Part shown: positions 21,659-32,824 of the stretch, one piece after another | Position numbering within the stretch: the stretch's first letter is position 1 | How the letters are laid out: each line of letters opens with the position of its first letter | Assembly: GCA_963810275.1 (NCBI GenBank) | Contig: CAWENF010000002.1 | Coordinates: 96,001-160,000 of the forward strand | Length of the DNA stretch: 64,000 nucleotides | DNA from: an uncultured archaeon | GTDB taxonomy: Archaea > Thermoproteota > Bathyarchaeia > Bathyarchaeales > Bathycorpusculaceae | Direction: 5' to 3' | Notes under the pieces: generated by a model | What the model saw: only the letters and a program-made list of their open reading frames with translations | Databases searched by the model: none | Told to the model about the DNA's origin: nothing | Position numbers and translations under genes: made by a program

Positions 21659-22120
21659 CTAATGCGTATGTTGACCTTGACGGGCCTGCGATAACATTGA
21701 CTCAAGCCTACTGCGACCGCTGTTTATACGCTCGGCAACTTGGCTGAACTGCTGCTGAGCACTGGCCATGGTTTTTTCAAGCTCATCAAGACGTTCCTTT
21801 AGATCAGCTTTAGCATCTGCAATAGTTTTCTCCACCGAAACACCAGAACCTATGCCCACAATGACATTTACTTGGTCAGCAAGTTTAACTTTGACGTATG
21901 AGCTTCCGCCAATTGGAACCAGCATCTCGTCTTTTTCTTTTTGTTTTTCTATGCCATCAAGGGTTGCGTTGGCGTAGGTAACATCGGTTATAGCTGCGTT
22001 AACCATACTAATACGCTGCTGCAACGCTTCCGCTGTCTGTTCTAGGTAACGCATTTCCATGCTGAGTTTGCGAAGTTCATCTTCAGCTGGAGCTCTTTGA
22101 GTCAAATTATACTTCTCCAA
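21659..22120 (-). CDS. pfdA: Prefoldin alpha subunit
   Basis: Coiled coils flanking MLVPIGGSSYV and VGIGSGVSVEKT; conserved position. Confidence 0.93.
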   Translation of the reverse strand: MEKYNLTQRAPAEDELRKLSMEMRYLEQTAEALQQRISMVNAAITDVTYANATLDGIEKQKEKDEMLVPIGGSSYVKVKLADQVNVIVGIGSGVSVEKTIADAKADLKERLDELEKTMASAQQQFSQVAERINSGRSRLESMLSQARQGQHTH

Positions 22121-22337
22121 TTAGTAGTTTCTTTAAAATCGGATTTTCAACTTCATCAGCCGTAACTTCTTTGGCACTTGTAATTTTGATGTGGTAGCGG
22201 CGTACACGGTGTCTGCTGCCGAGTTCGGCGTAGACTTTCTCAACTGCGTGTTCGCATTTGTCAGCCAAGATTTCACGTGCAAATGAAGTTTTAAGTTCAG
22301 GCTTGTTGATTTCACCAGTTACTTTGAAAGCTTTCAT
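22107..22337 (-). CDS. rpl18a: 50S ribosomal protein L18Ae/LX (eL20)
   Basis: MKAFKVTG, HAVEKVYAELGSRHRVRR. Confidence 0.93.
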   Translation of the reverse strand: MKAFKVTGEINKPELKTSFAREILADKCEHAVEKVYAELGSRHRVRRYHIKITSAKEVTADEVENPILKKLLIGEV

Positions 22338-23020
22338 TGATTATTCTCTTCCTGCACAACATCCAGTGCATTCCCAATTATAAACATCTCGGGTCCTGTT
22401 GTCATAGAACCAGCTACAGCTGCGTTACTATTACCAATTAACCCTGTTCCAACATAGGGTATACCGCAGTTAATTGTGCCCACATCAACTGGAACTTTAA
22501 AAACGGATTCAAGGATTTTCTTTTCTTCGTCTTTAAGCATTGGGTGAACCAGTAGACCCTTGTTGGTTGCAACTGCTAAAGAACCTACATAGGGCAGAGT
22601 CGCGATTTCGGATGGCACCACCTCAACACCTAGCGTGTCTTGGATTTTTTTGATTTCGGTTGATTTGAAGCGAGGATCCACTATAGCGCCTTTGTCGTTT
22701 GTTAGGACTAGGTTACCGTAGGCGGTTTTTTTTGTTTCCATGACGGTGATGTTGCCTTCAAATTGGGTTTTTATGCGCTCAAGCTCCTCACCACGAATTG
22801 AGCTGGGAACTAGCATGCCACTACTGTTTGCGCAGGCTAAGGCGCCAATGAGAACGGAGCCAGCGATGGAGGTGTAAATCAGGTCCGTTTTGAGCCAGTT
22901 AGCGAATTCTTGGGCCTTTTCATGTGGCACCATGACGGGAATGACTACTACATTTTCGGTTGCCAGTGAGTAGACCCCGATGCTTGGGCTTCCAACGATG
23001 CTTGATAAGTAAACAGTCAA
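22334..23020 (-). CDS. eif6: Translation initiation factor 6 (aIF6)
   Basis: GNLVLTNDKGA, VGTINCG, TTGPE; conserved position. Confidence 0.95.
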   Translation of the reverse strand: MTVYLSSIVGSPSIGVYSLATENVVVIPVMVPHEKAQEFANWLKTDLIYTSIAGSVLIGALACANSSGMLVPSSIRGEELERIKTQFEGNITVMETKKTAYGNLVLTNDKGAIVDPRFKSTEIKKIQDTLGVEVVPSEIATLPYVGSLAVATNKGLLVHPMLKDEEKKILESVFKVPVDVGTINCGIPYVGTGLIGNSNAAVAGSMTTGPEMFIIGNALDVVQEENNQ

Positions 23021-23124
23021 GAACAGTAACTCCTAATTTGTTTTAAACGGAAATGTCATTATTCTACCTATTTTAAATTTTGGTAAAGATACAATACAAG
23101 ATTTAAAAATGAAAAGTTATGGGT

Positions 23125-23598
23125 TTACTGGTTTTCAGCCAAGTAAACAAACACGTTACCATCTTTATCTTTGGTAACACGCGTCTTGATTTTGCGTGGA
23201 GGCTTCTCGATCCCTCGGCTCCAAACCTTCTCGTTGACTTCTGGGCTTACGATAAGTTGTGGAAGCTCTTCAGCTTCGTCTTCCTCGGAGACTTTTACAT
23301 TAAGCTTCATGTGCTTGGTAACAAAAACTTTAATAAGTGACATCGCTCGTGGAGCACGCTTTTTCGGTGGGCGAACCAAAGCTTTCTGGAGAGGTATAGT
23401 GTAGAATCGTTCCTCAACAAATTCTTCTTCTTTCTTTTTGCGTTGTTTCTTTTCCGCTACTTCTTTTTGATCTTCTTCTTTTGCGGGTGCTTCGATTTCT
23501 GTAGTTACTTCTGTTGTTTGAGCCTCTTCTGGAACTTCTTCCAAGATTTCATCTTGTTCGGTTGCTGTAAGTTGTTCTTGGTTTGTTTCTTTTGCCAT
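23125..23598 (-). CDS. rpl31e: 50S ribosomal protein L31e with acidic N-terminal extension
   Basis: ERFYTIPL, KRAPRAM, VNEKVWSRGIEKPPRKI. Confidence 0.95.
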   Translation of the reverse strand: MAKETNQEQLTATEQDEILEEVPEEAQTTEVTTEIEAPAKEEDQKEVAEKKQRKKKEEEFVEERFYTIPLQKALVRPPKKRAPRAMSLIKVFVTKHMKLNVKVSEEDEAEELPQLIVSPEVNEKVWSRGIEKPPRKIKTRVTKDKDGNVFVYLAENQ

Positions 23599-23614
23599 TT
23601 TGTTTTGGTTTCTC

Positions 23615-23773
23615 CTATGCCTTTATTTTGCGGGTTCGCCAGTTGCGTCGCGACTTAGGACTCGTTCGAACTTTTCCGTCTGTTCGTGAGATTACCCATG
23701 TTGGAACGGACTGTGCTTCTCTGCCAGCTTTGGCTAGTCTAAGTTTTTTCGCGGTTGGTTTTACTCTCGCCAT
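23615..23773 (-). CDS. rpl39e: 50S ribosomal protein L39e (missed by the ORF track, 52 aa)
   Basis: Hand translation [52 protein letters not shown]. Confidence 0.95.
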   Translation of the reverse strand: MARVKPTAKKLRLAKAGREAQSVPTWVISRTDGKVRTSPKSRRNWRTRKIKA

Positions 23774-23780
23774 CGTTTTT

Positions 23781-24116
23781 TCATATCCTTGTGATTTTTG
23801 TCTCTCGCTTCCTTGATTGGAGCTGAATTAGGATTGATTTGAGCTGCGCGTCTGAAAGGGGAATTGGCAATCTGCCGGCTTGCGCCATTTCGATGAGTTG
23901 TAGCTCCATGTGTTCAGCAAATTCTTTTTTAACCATCTTGAGGTTGGTTAATCTTTGCCGGGCTTCAGGCGTCAAGATTTTTGCTAGTAGCGCCTGTTTT
24001 TGTTGTTCGATTTGTTGTTCTGCTTGAGCTTGTCTTTGTTCGTCGCTCATTTGAGCGCGGTTTTGCATAGACAAAAGTTTTCGTTTGCGTATTTGCTCAA
24101 GCTCGTCATCTGACAT
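23781..24116 (-). CDS. PDCD5-like dsDNA-binding protein
   Basis: [31 protein letters not shown]; true start at ATG 24116. Confidence 0.93.
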   Translation of the reverse strand: MSDDELEQIRKRKLLSMQNRAQMSDEQRQAQAEQQIEQQKQALLAKILTPEARQRLTNLKMVKKEFAEHMELQLIEMAQAGRLPIPLSDAQLKSILIQLQSRKRETKITRI

Positions 24117-24121
24117 TGTAC

Positions 24122-24586
24122 CTATTCGCCTTGATACTTCTTGAGTTCTGGGATGGTTTTTACTAGCTCTTTTGCTAGGTCTCCTGCGACTTCCTGCATC
24201 ATTTTTCGTCCTTTGGGTGTCATGACTCTGCCTTTTGGTCGTGTAATTTGAACTATACCTGCGTTTTCTAGTTGTTGGAGTATGGTGCGTATGCCGTTTC
24301 CGCCTGCTTTGCACGCGTGGTTTTTTTGGACACCGTTGTTTTTGCGTCCGCCGTAGTCGCTGCGGAGGTTTTCTAGGCCGATTGGTCCGTGTATATAGAC
24401 TTTGCGCAGTATGCTTGCGCTTCTTGTGTACCACCAGTTGGGGTTTTGGGGTTGTTTTTCGACGTGGGTGCCTGTTTTGGCAAATGTTGCCCATGCTGGG
24501 GGTTGGACTTGGTCTATGTTTTCCCTTAGGTACTTTGCTAATCGGTCGATGTATTTTTGTGCTGGAACGTCGTGAGGAGTCGTCAA
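24122..24586 (-). CDS. rps19e: 30S ribosomal protein S19e
   Basis: TTPHDVPA, PAWATFAKTG, WWYTRSASILRKVY, ILQQLE, KGRVMTPKGR; TTG start. Confidence 0.96.
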   Translation of the reverse strand: MTTPHDVPAQKYIDRLAKYLRENIDQVQPPAWATFAKTGTHVEKQPQNPNWWYTRSASILRKVYIHGPIGLENLRSDYGGRKNNGVQKNHACKAGGNGIRTILQQLENAGIVQITRPKGRVMTPKGRKMMQEVAGDLAKELVKTIPELKKYQGE

Positions 24587-24650
24587 AGATGCTCTATCCT
24601 TTTGGTTTTTCCTTGCACTACAACAATGAAGACCCATATAAATATGTCTC

Positions 24651-24900
24651 TGGTGGTGTAGGTGTAGTTTGGTGTTGATTAGAGTGTTTGTTTGGTTGGT
24701 GTAGGTTATGTTGGTGTTGGTTTAGGTGGGTTTTGTGTGGGGGTAGACGGATTTTGGGGGTGTTTGGTGGTGTTGTTTTTTTGGTTTTTGTTGTGGTTGT
24801 GGTGGTTTTCTTTTTTGGAGTAGGATGGTTTTTGTAGTGCTGTGTTGGGTGGGTTGATTGTGGGTTGTGGCTGTGATTTTGTGTTGTGTCGTTAAGTTGG
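24651..24900. repeat. G/T-rich low-complexity tract
   Basis: Positions 24661-24900 contain only 5 C and 18 A in 240 nt. Confidence 0.8.
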
Positions 24901-24992
24901 TTCTTTTTATATTATATGGACAAGTTGTTCATTGTTCATATAAAGTATTTCTCCACACATAGCTAAGAGCAAAAAAATATAATTGAGGAAAA

Positions 24993-27526
24993 ATGATAAA
25001 AATGAACACAAAAAAATTAGCTACCATAACCATCGCTTTGTTTTTAGCGATATCAATGACGCTCTCAATAATACCCTTAACCGTAACTGCACAAGACACC
25101 CCACAGCAAGTTGATTCATGGCCCTTCATAAACGCTATACCTAACCCTGCCCAAGTTGGCACCACGGTTCTTCTTCACGTTGGATCGCTTTGGCCCATTG
25201 GGACTGTTGATAGTGGTTGGGAAGGACTGACCGTAACAATCACCAAGCCTGACAACACGACAACAACTTTAGGTCCAATCAGAACAGACTCAACCGGCGG
25301 CACAGGTGCTTCCTTTATACCTGACATGGTAGGCACATACAAGCTACAGACACACTTCCCACAGCAGCAAGCACCAGTCATGGCTGGAGGCTTTTTTGAA
25401 GCTAACCCTCCTTCGAATGCCACAATGCTAGCTGGCGATAGTGATGTTTTGGAGTTGATAGTGCAAGAAGAACCCATCATGCATTATCCAGATCAGCCTC
25501 TGCCCACAGAGTACTGGAGTCGCCCCATAAATGATCAGCTTTGGTCTTGGGCTTCAATTGCAGGGAACTGGTTTGGTGACCAGGTTTCAATGGATGCATC
25601 TCCTCCGGCGCAGACACTCTACAAAGACTACAATGCTTTTGCACCTGAGACTGGCCACGTTTTGTGGACTAAACCCATAACTATGGGCGGTATCTCTGGT
25701 GGAATGACTGGCTATCAAGGCTTTGATCAGGGCGATGCTTATGAACCTAAATGGACAGGCGCTGTAATCATTGGCGGTAAAGTTTTCTATAACCAGTTTG
25801 AGACAACTGGCTCAGAGACTGGATTGTACCGATCAGTTGTTGCTGTTGACTTGCACACTGGCGAAGAACTTTGGAATAAACAACTGCTAGATCTGGATGG
25901 AAATAACCAGAACCTAGATTTTGGTCAAGCGGTTTATTTCCCTGGATTTAACCAGCACGGCGTATTTGATTACTTGTGGACTACCTCTGGCAGCACATGG
26001 AATGCATATGATCCTATAACTGGACGCTGGACATACACAATGCAGGGTGTGCCTAGCGGGACTAGAATGTATGGTCCAAACGGTGAAATCTTCATATACA
26101 CTGTTGATCAGCGCAATGGTTGGATGACGATGTGGAATTCTTCGGCTGTTGTGGCGCCAAGCTCTGGTGCGGTTGCTCAGGGCAGCTTTAACCCTCAAGG
26201 CCAAGTGTATAGCGCTTCGCAGACTGCAAATGGAATTGAGTGGAACGTAACCATACCCCTTGGATTACCCGGAAGCGTGGATAAAGTTCGCGAAGGAATA
26301 ATCTTGGGCTCAAACATTGACAAGTACACTCGCTCAGACGACACTGCTGCATTTTGGGCATTAAGTACTGAAGAAAACCGTGAAGGAACACTTGCTGTAC
26401 AACAAGACTTGGACATTACCCAATAGTCCAGGACACTATGACATTCAAGATGCAGACACCGAATCTAATGTCTTTGTTGTTTCCGATGCAGAAAGCAGAA
26501 CTTACTATGGGTTTGAACTTAGCACTGGCAAACAACTTTGGGGACCAACCGAGCCACAACACTACACTGATAAATGGGGCTTAGCCTCAAGCAACAGCTG
26601 GGACAACATTGCATATGGCAAATTCATTTCAGGAAACTATGGCGGCACTGTTTACTGCCGTGACGTTACTACCGGGCAAACGCTTTGGACGTACACCATA
26701 ACCGACATCTACCATGAAAACCTGCAGAACAACGAATGGCGCTTCAGACCAGCATTCTTTGCAGACGGAAAAGTCTACCTTGAAAACACAGAGCACAACC
26801 CATATGACCCACAGCACCGCGGTGCTCCGTTTCTGTGTCTTGATATGGAAACTGGAGAGCGAGTGTTTGAGATACCGTTGCGTGGAAGTGAGTGGAGCTC
26901 AACACCAATCATCGGCGACAGCATCATTGCAATGTACAACGAATACGACCAACAAATCTATGCTATAGGCAAAGGTCCAAGCGACATAACAGTTGGTGTC
27001 TCACCTGAAGTTTCAATGAATGGCAACGCATATCCTAGTGAAGGGATATGTTACTGACATTTCTCCAGGCACAAGCGACTACCGATTGACCTCACGCTTC
27101 CCCAATGGCGTTCCTGCAGTAGCTGATGGCAACATGAGTGAATGGATGACTTATGTCTACAACCAGTTTGAGCGTCCATCTGATGTTATGGGCGTGGAGG
27201 TTGTCATAAGCGTTCTTGACCCCAACAACAACATGTACGAAGTCGGCAGAACAACAAGTGACTCAACAGGTCTATACAGCTTGATGTTCACTCCAGAAGT
27301 CTCAGGAAAATACACTGTAATCGCATCCTTCGAAGGTTCTGAATCTTACTATGGATCTAATGCTCAAACTGCTTGCGGAGTCTCAGATCCAGCTGCTACA
27401 CCTGCACCACAAACCACCGAAGACACACATCTAGCGATCTGTATCATGTACGTCGTCGGCTTTGGTGTTGCAATCATTGTTGCAATAGCAATCGCTACCG
27501 TCTTGATCATAAAGAAGCGACCTTAA
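24993..27526 (+). CDS. Secreted, C-terminally anchored PQQ-like beta-propeller surface protein; frameshifts near 26390 and 27025
   Basis: Signal peptide, PLPTEYWSRPI, repeated DxxTGxxxW blades, C-terminal Ig-like domain, TM + KKRP; the three ORFs are colinear with the intact paralog at 43507-46089. Confidence 0.85.
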
Positions 27527-27544
27527 GGGTTTAGAAATCTAAAC

Positions 27545-27570
27545 TCTCCTTTTTTATTTTTTTTTTGATT
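27545..27570 (+). terminator. Oligo-T archaeal terminator
   Basis: CTCCTTTTTTATTTTTTTTTG immediately after the stop at 27526. Confidence 0.6.
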
Positions 27571-27778
27571 TGGTTTTGTATTTTTTGTGTTTTCTGTTTA
27601 TTTTGCGAAATGTTGTTTTTGCGCTGATTTATGGAAGTTGGGTGAAAATGTTGGTTAGTCTCAGGTTTGAGATTAATATTATAGCTGTGAAATTATTCAA
27701 ACTATCGAGCGGTTTGTTACAGTTGATTAGCTACCACATTTGCTTTTATGCTTGTTTGGGCTTTGTTGTAGTACGCAA

Positions 27779-27892
27779 GGGATAGCCAACAAGTTAGGCG
27801 GGTTCGGCTGTTAGCAAGGGAGAAGGTTCGCCAGTATTTTTAGCTTCTGCTTTGCTATCGCAGGGCTAAATCCGCTTAGCCATAATTTTTTG
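27779..27892 (+). ncRNA. Candidate structured ncRNA, copy 1
   Basis: Long imperfect hairpin (GTTAGGCGGGTTCGGCTGTTAGCAAG...CTTTGCTATCGCAGGGCTAAATCCGCTTAGC), homologous to 40931-41050, with TTTTAT about 30 nt upstream and a T-run downstream. Confidence 0.45.
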
Positions 27893-28613
27893 CCCTAATT
27901 ATTAGTTAGTTTGCAGCGTATTGGATGATATTTAGAAAGCTAATAGTCATAGATTTTTTTTGGGTTTTTGGCCCTAAATCGCCATATCGGCTAAATATGA
28001 TGCTGTAAAAAGTTGTTTGGAAGAGAGAAATAATTGGTCTAAGCGCAGGCAAAAGGAAATTAGGAAGAGAGAGGGAATTACCTGCGCCTAAACCAACTTC
28101 TCACTTAGATACATTATTTGTTTTTGAATAATAAATAGTAATGTGACTGCATTAATACAGCAACAAAATTTTGTTTTCGTCTTGAAAATTGTGTTTTGTC
28201 TTATTTTAGTGGCAACATCTAAGGTAAATATGGTTGGGTAGGAGCAGTTTGACTTTTATTTTGGGGGGTTAAAAATTAGAGTTCGGCTGATCTGACCGTG
28301 TGGTCGGAAAAGAAGCTTGAAAATTTGGGAAGAGAGTGGGAATTTTTTTGGGGGCTTCTTTTCTTCCAGTCGGATTAGTCGAACATTTCGGCACATCTTG
28401 TTATGTGTGGCTTTAGTAGAAAAAACATTGTAGTAACATTGTGTTACAACAAACTGTTACATCGGAAATAAAGGTGTCTGTTTAGTGTTCTTAAATGGAG
28501 CAACAGTTGGTAAGCAGGCGCTTTTTTCTGTTGGGTTGTAAAGTTGTGGCTTCAAGGTGCAACACTGCAGGCTTAACTATCGCCAAATGGTTTAAGGGAA
28601 TAGGGTTAAGGAA

Positions 28614-28904
28614 ATGATTTCAGCTTTGATGTTGCTAAATACTGATATTAGCGCTGCTCAAGGTGGCATTTTAGAGAGCATTAAGCAGGTTGAGGGCGTA
28701 CAAGAGGCGCATGCCCTGTTTGGTGTCTATGATTTTTTGGTTAAAGTTAAAGCTGTCTCGATTGATGAATTGAAAAACATCGCTAAAGCGCACATAAGGC
28801 GGGTGGCGGGTGTAAATAGTTCTTTTACGCTTATGATCGATGACCACAAGGATGAAGCTAACATATCGGTATTTCCAGAGTTGGGATCTGACTTGCAAGA
28901 GTAA
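28614..28904 (+). CDS. Stand-alone Lrp/AsnC ligand-binding (RAM) domain protein
   Basis: VEGVQEAHALFGVYDFLVKV...IRRVAGVNSSFTL. Confidence 0.85.
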   Translation: MISALMLLNTDISAAQGGILESIKQVEGVQEAHALFGVYDFLVKVKAVSIDELKNIAKAHIRRVAGVNSSFTLMIDDHKDEANISVFPELGSDLQE

Positions 28905-28972
28905 AGTTGGTACAATCAAGCAACCACATAGGTTTAAGTAAATAATTAACCAGCTATTTTTGAGGAAAAACT

Positions 28973-29155
28973 ATGACCGATGAGAAGCATTATCATGAAG
29001 CCTCTCCTGTTCCTGAGGAACCGCTTGAGAACACTCCGCCCAGTCATTTGCGTTGTCAAATCTGTGGAAAAGTGTTTAATAGCCATGCGGAAGTCGACAG
29101 GCATAAACAGACTCAGCATGGAGTAGTGGAAGGGCGAGAAGTAGAGGGGCCATAG
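28973..29155 (+). CDS. Small C2H2 zinc-finger protein
   Basis: CQICGKVFNSHAEVDRHKQTQH; GAGG SD. Confidence 0.75.
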   Translation: MTDEKHYHEASPVPEEPLENTPPSHLRCQICGKVFNSHAEVDRHKQTQHGVVEGREVEGP

Positions 29156-29177
29156 ACCTCAATATGAGGATACAAAA

Positions 29178-29390
29178 ATGGTAAACACTCTAAATACAAG
29201 AAGTGTTCCGCCTTTTCCGCCGGCGCCTAATGAGCCGTACCATCCTGAGAAGTTGCCGCCAAATATACCCATTCCCGGAAAGCCTGAAGCTGTGCCTGGG
29301 AAGCGAGATTACAAGTGCAAAATATGCGGGAAAGTCTTTAGTAGCAAAGAAGAGTTGGATGAGCATATGCATGAAGCGCACTCTGGGTGA
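29178..29390 (+). CDS. Small Pro-rich C2H2 zinc-finger protein
   Basis: YKCKICGKVFSSKEELDEHMHEAH; GAGG SD. Confidence 0.78.
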   Translation: MVNTLNTRSVPPFPPAPNEPYHPEKLPPNIPIPGKPEAVPGKRDYKCKICGKVFSSKEELDEHMHEAHSG

Positions 29391-29730
29391 TGTCATCTAG
29401 TTTTGTGTAAGGTTTTGCTGGTTTAGTTGCATAGTGTTATAAGTTAACGTCTAACTATTTTTTTTGGGTTGGATTTATGGCAAAGACCAAAAAAGATTGT
29501 AATAACTGGTCGCACTTTGATGAAGGCTAGAGTTTTGTTAGGATTGGTTTTGAAGATCTAAAACAGATCTTAATTGCTGAGGATCTAAGAGTACAATAAT
29601 TCACAATTATGCATTATTTATCTTGTATCGCTAAAATTATCAGATGTCGTCTATCATATAATTGCTTTCTTAATTCATAGGACTTATAAAACTAAATATA
29701 GTTACTTGGTTAACGGTTGGCCTCATCTTA

Positions 29731-32584
29731 ATGGATTCAGAAGACAAACTAAGACGGACGGAAATACTTTACAATTTAATAGCTAACAACGCCAGTGATG
29801 TTATTTGGACCATGGATTTGGATGGCCATTTCACCTACGTTAGCCCTTCAGTGTTCCAACTTAGAGGCTACACCCCTGAAGAGGCCATGCAACAATCTAT
29901 CACTGAATCGTTAACTCCAAAGTCTGCTCAATTAATTGCAGGAGCTCTACAAAAATTTCATATCGATGGTTCTTTGCCTTCATCGTCCTTATTTGAGCTG
30001 GAGCAAACTAGAAAGGACGGCTCTACTGTTTGGATAGAAGTAAAAATTTCAATTATTAAAAACAGAAATGGGGAACCTAACGGTATTTTAGGAGTAAGCA
30101 GAGATATATCTGAACGTAAACAGGCAGACGAAAAAAAGGAGAAAGCCCAGCAAGAATTAGAGACGCTTGCAAATGAACGCAAGTCACTACTGGAGCGCAC
30201 TATTTCTTTACTCAAGAGCCAACCTTTCGAGAAGACTGCAAGAACTCTTTTTAAAGGGTGTAAAAAATTAACTGGTGCAACAGCGGGCTATGTGGCTTTG
30301 TTGTCTGAAAATGCTCTGAAAATAAGGTTTTGTTTTTGGACTCGGGCAAACTCAGATGTTCTGTTGATGGTAACTTGCCTATGCTTATTCGCCAATTAAG
30401 GGAAACGGCATATAGGCGGGGTAAGGCTGTTTATGAGAATAATTTTATGAAGAGTAAATGGCCAGAGTTTATGCCAACGGGGCATGTTGGGCTTAGAAAT
30501 GTGATGTTTTCGCCCATAGTCATTAGAGAAAGAGTTGTAGGGTTGATTGGCTTAGCAAATAAGCCTACGGATTTCACTGAAAGAGATGCATTAATGGCGA
30601 CTTCTTTTGGAAATTATGCATCTATAGCATTAAAGAATAGTTTAAACTTGCAGGCCATAAAAGAAAATAAAAAACAAATTCAAGAAACTGGGACTCGCTA
30701 TCGCACTCTTTTCAATAAAGCACCATTGGGCATATTGTTGGTGGACCCTCAGACCCATGAGATTAAGGAATTTAACAACATAGCTAACGAGCAGCTGGGG
30801 TATACTCCTGAGGAATTTGCTAAACTGAAAATAAGAGATATTGAAGCAAAAGAAAAACCAGAGGAAGTTACTGCCCACACAAAAAAAATGCTACGTGAAT
30901 ATGGAGGAGAATTTGAGACCAAACACCGAAATAAAAACGGTCAGATTAGAAATGTTTTGGTAACCACAACTCCAGTCAAAATATCAGGAAAAACCTTCCT
31001 GCACTGTATATTTCATGATATAACAGAGATAAGAACCATCCAAGAGGCCTTAATTAAAAGTGAAAAGCAAGCAAAGGGTATTGTTGAGAATGCGCTCATT
31101 GGCATAGCAACCTCAGATAGAAACAAGCGTTTCCTAACTGCCAATCAGGCATTCTGTAAAGCACTAGGTTACACTCAAAAAGAGTTAAGAAAGTTAACCT
31201 TCAAAGAAATTACCCATCCTGAAGATGTTAAAGAAAGTTTAGACGAAATACAGGCGTTGGAGGAAGGGATAAAAGATTTCTTTGTACAAGAGAAACGTTA
31301 CATCAAAAAAGATGGAACCATAATTTACGGAAGGGCCATGATCAATTCGATCCGTGATGAAAAGGGTAGACCTGTCCTTTTTATTGCTGAACTTGAAGAT
31401 ATAACTGAGCGTAAGAAAAAGGATTTTGAATTATTAACTGAGCGAAACAAGCTGGAAGCTATAACTCAAAGCATAGGTGCAGGTTTTGTTCTCATCAGCA
31501 GAGACTATCGTATCCTTTGGGCTAACAAGTTCATTAAAGATAACTGGAGAACCATGGAAGGAGAATTCTGTTATAAGGCTCTAAGTCATTTAGACTCTAA
31601 ATATTCTGATTGTAGTGTTATCAAAATTTTCCAAGGTGCATTTATTCATCAGCATAATTTAAGACGGTTAATGCAAAAGGTGAAACTCTTTGGCTTCAGC
31701 TGATAACTACTCCACTCAAAGATGAGAAGGGAAACGTAGTGGCCGCAGTTGAGGCATCTATTGACATTACTGAGAAGAAGAAACTTGAAAATGAGCTTGT
31801 CAATTATTCGATGAAGCTTGAAGATTTAGTCAATGAAAGAACAGATCGACTTCATGAAACTCAGCAGCAGTTAGTTAAGGCGGAACGATTAGCTGCAATT
31901 GGTGAGTTAGCTGCTATGGTTGCTCATGATCTACGTAATCCTCTTGCAGGCATTAGGAATGCAGCTTATTTTTTAAAGAAGAAGGGTGATCAGATATCAT
32001 TTGAGATAGCACAAGAGATGCTAAACGCAATTGATAACGGTGTTCTACGTTCAAATAAGATAATTAACGATTTGTTGGATTATTCAAGAGATGTTCATTT
32101 AGAGGTACAGGGCTGTACACCTAAACAGTTGGTGTCTGATACTTTATCAATGCTGCAAGTTCCAGAGAGAGTAAAGATAGCGAACAATGCGCTGGAAATG
32201 CCAAATATGTGTGTTGATACATTGAAGATTCAAAGAGTATTTTCAAACATAATTAAAAATGCAATTGACGCTATGCCAGAGGGCGGGACAGTTACCATAA
32301 ACAGTCGGAAGAATGATGACGTTGTGGAGGTTTCATTCACGGACATGGGATGCGGGATCTCGGAGGAGATGTTGCCCAAATTATTTACTCCTTTAGTCAC
32401 TACTAAGGCTCAGGGCATGGGATTTGGCTTAGCTATATGCAAACGTATAGTTGAAGCCCACAATGGATCTATAACTGTTAAAACAAGCAAGGGCAACGGC
32501 ACAACGTTCACCGTTGCTTTGCCTTTCGGAATGAGAAATGGTGTTGAACTGTATGAAACTTGGATAACTTCAAAATCCACATAA
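29731..32584 (+). CDS. PAS-GAF-PAS-PAS-PAS sensor histidine kinase; frameshifts near 30320 and 31670
   Basis: PAS/PAC motifs, GAF (VGLIGLANK...FTERD), H-box AHDLRNPL, N-box NIIKNAIDAM, DMGCGI, GMGFGLAIC. Confidence 0.85.
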
Positions 32585-32824
32585 TCGAGGTTTGCCAGCT
32601 CAATATTAGTAACTAGTTAAGAGGCAACGATCAAGGGGGGCTGGGAAAACAGCTTTTTTAACTGTTTTCTTGGTGGAGACCCTGCTGTGAGGGATGTAGA
32701 AAAGTGTAGCTCCTTTGGAGTGCTCTCGAAGACTCTACAATAATTTTCAAAATCTGGGAAAAAAGAAAAGACTAAGCTATGGCTAAGTATAAATATTTAT
32801 AACAATAACTAGTCAAAGACAAAA

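Noticed and set aside
23781-24494. 237-aa ORF as listed
   Set aside because: The N-terminal half is an off-frame overlap with rps19e; the real PDCD5-like gene starts at 24116
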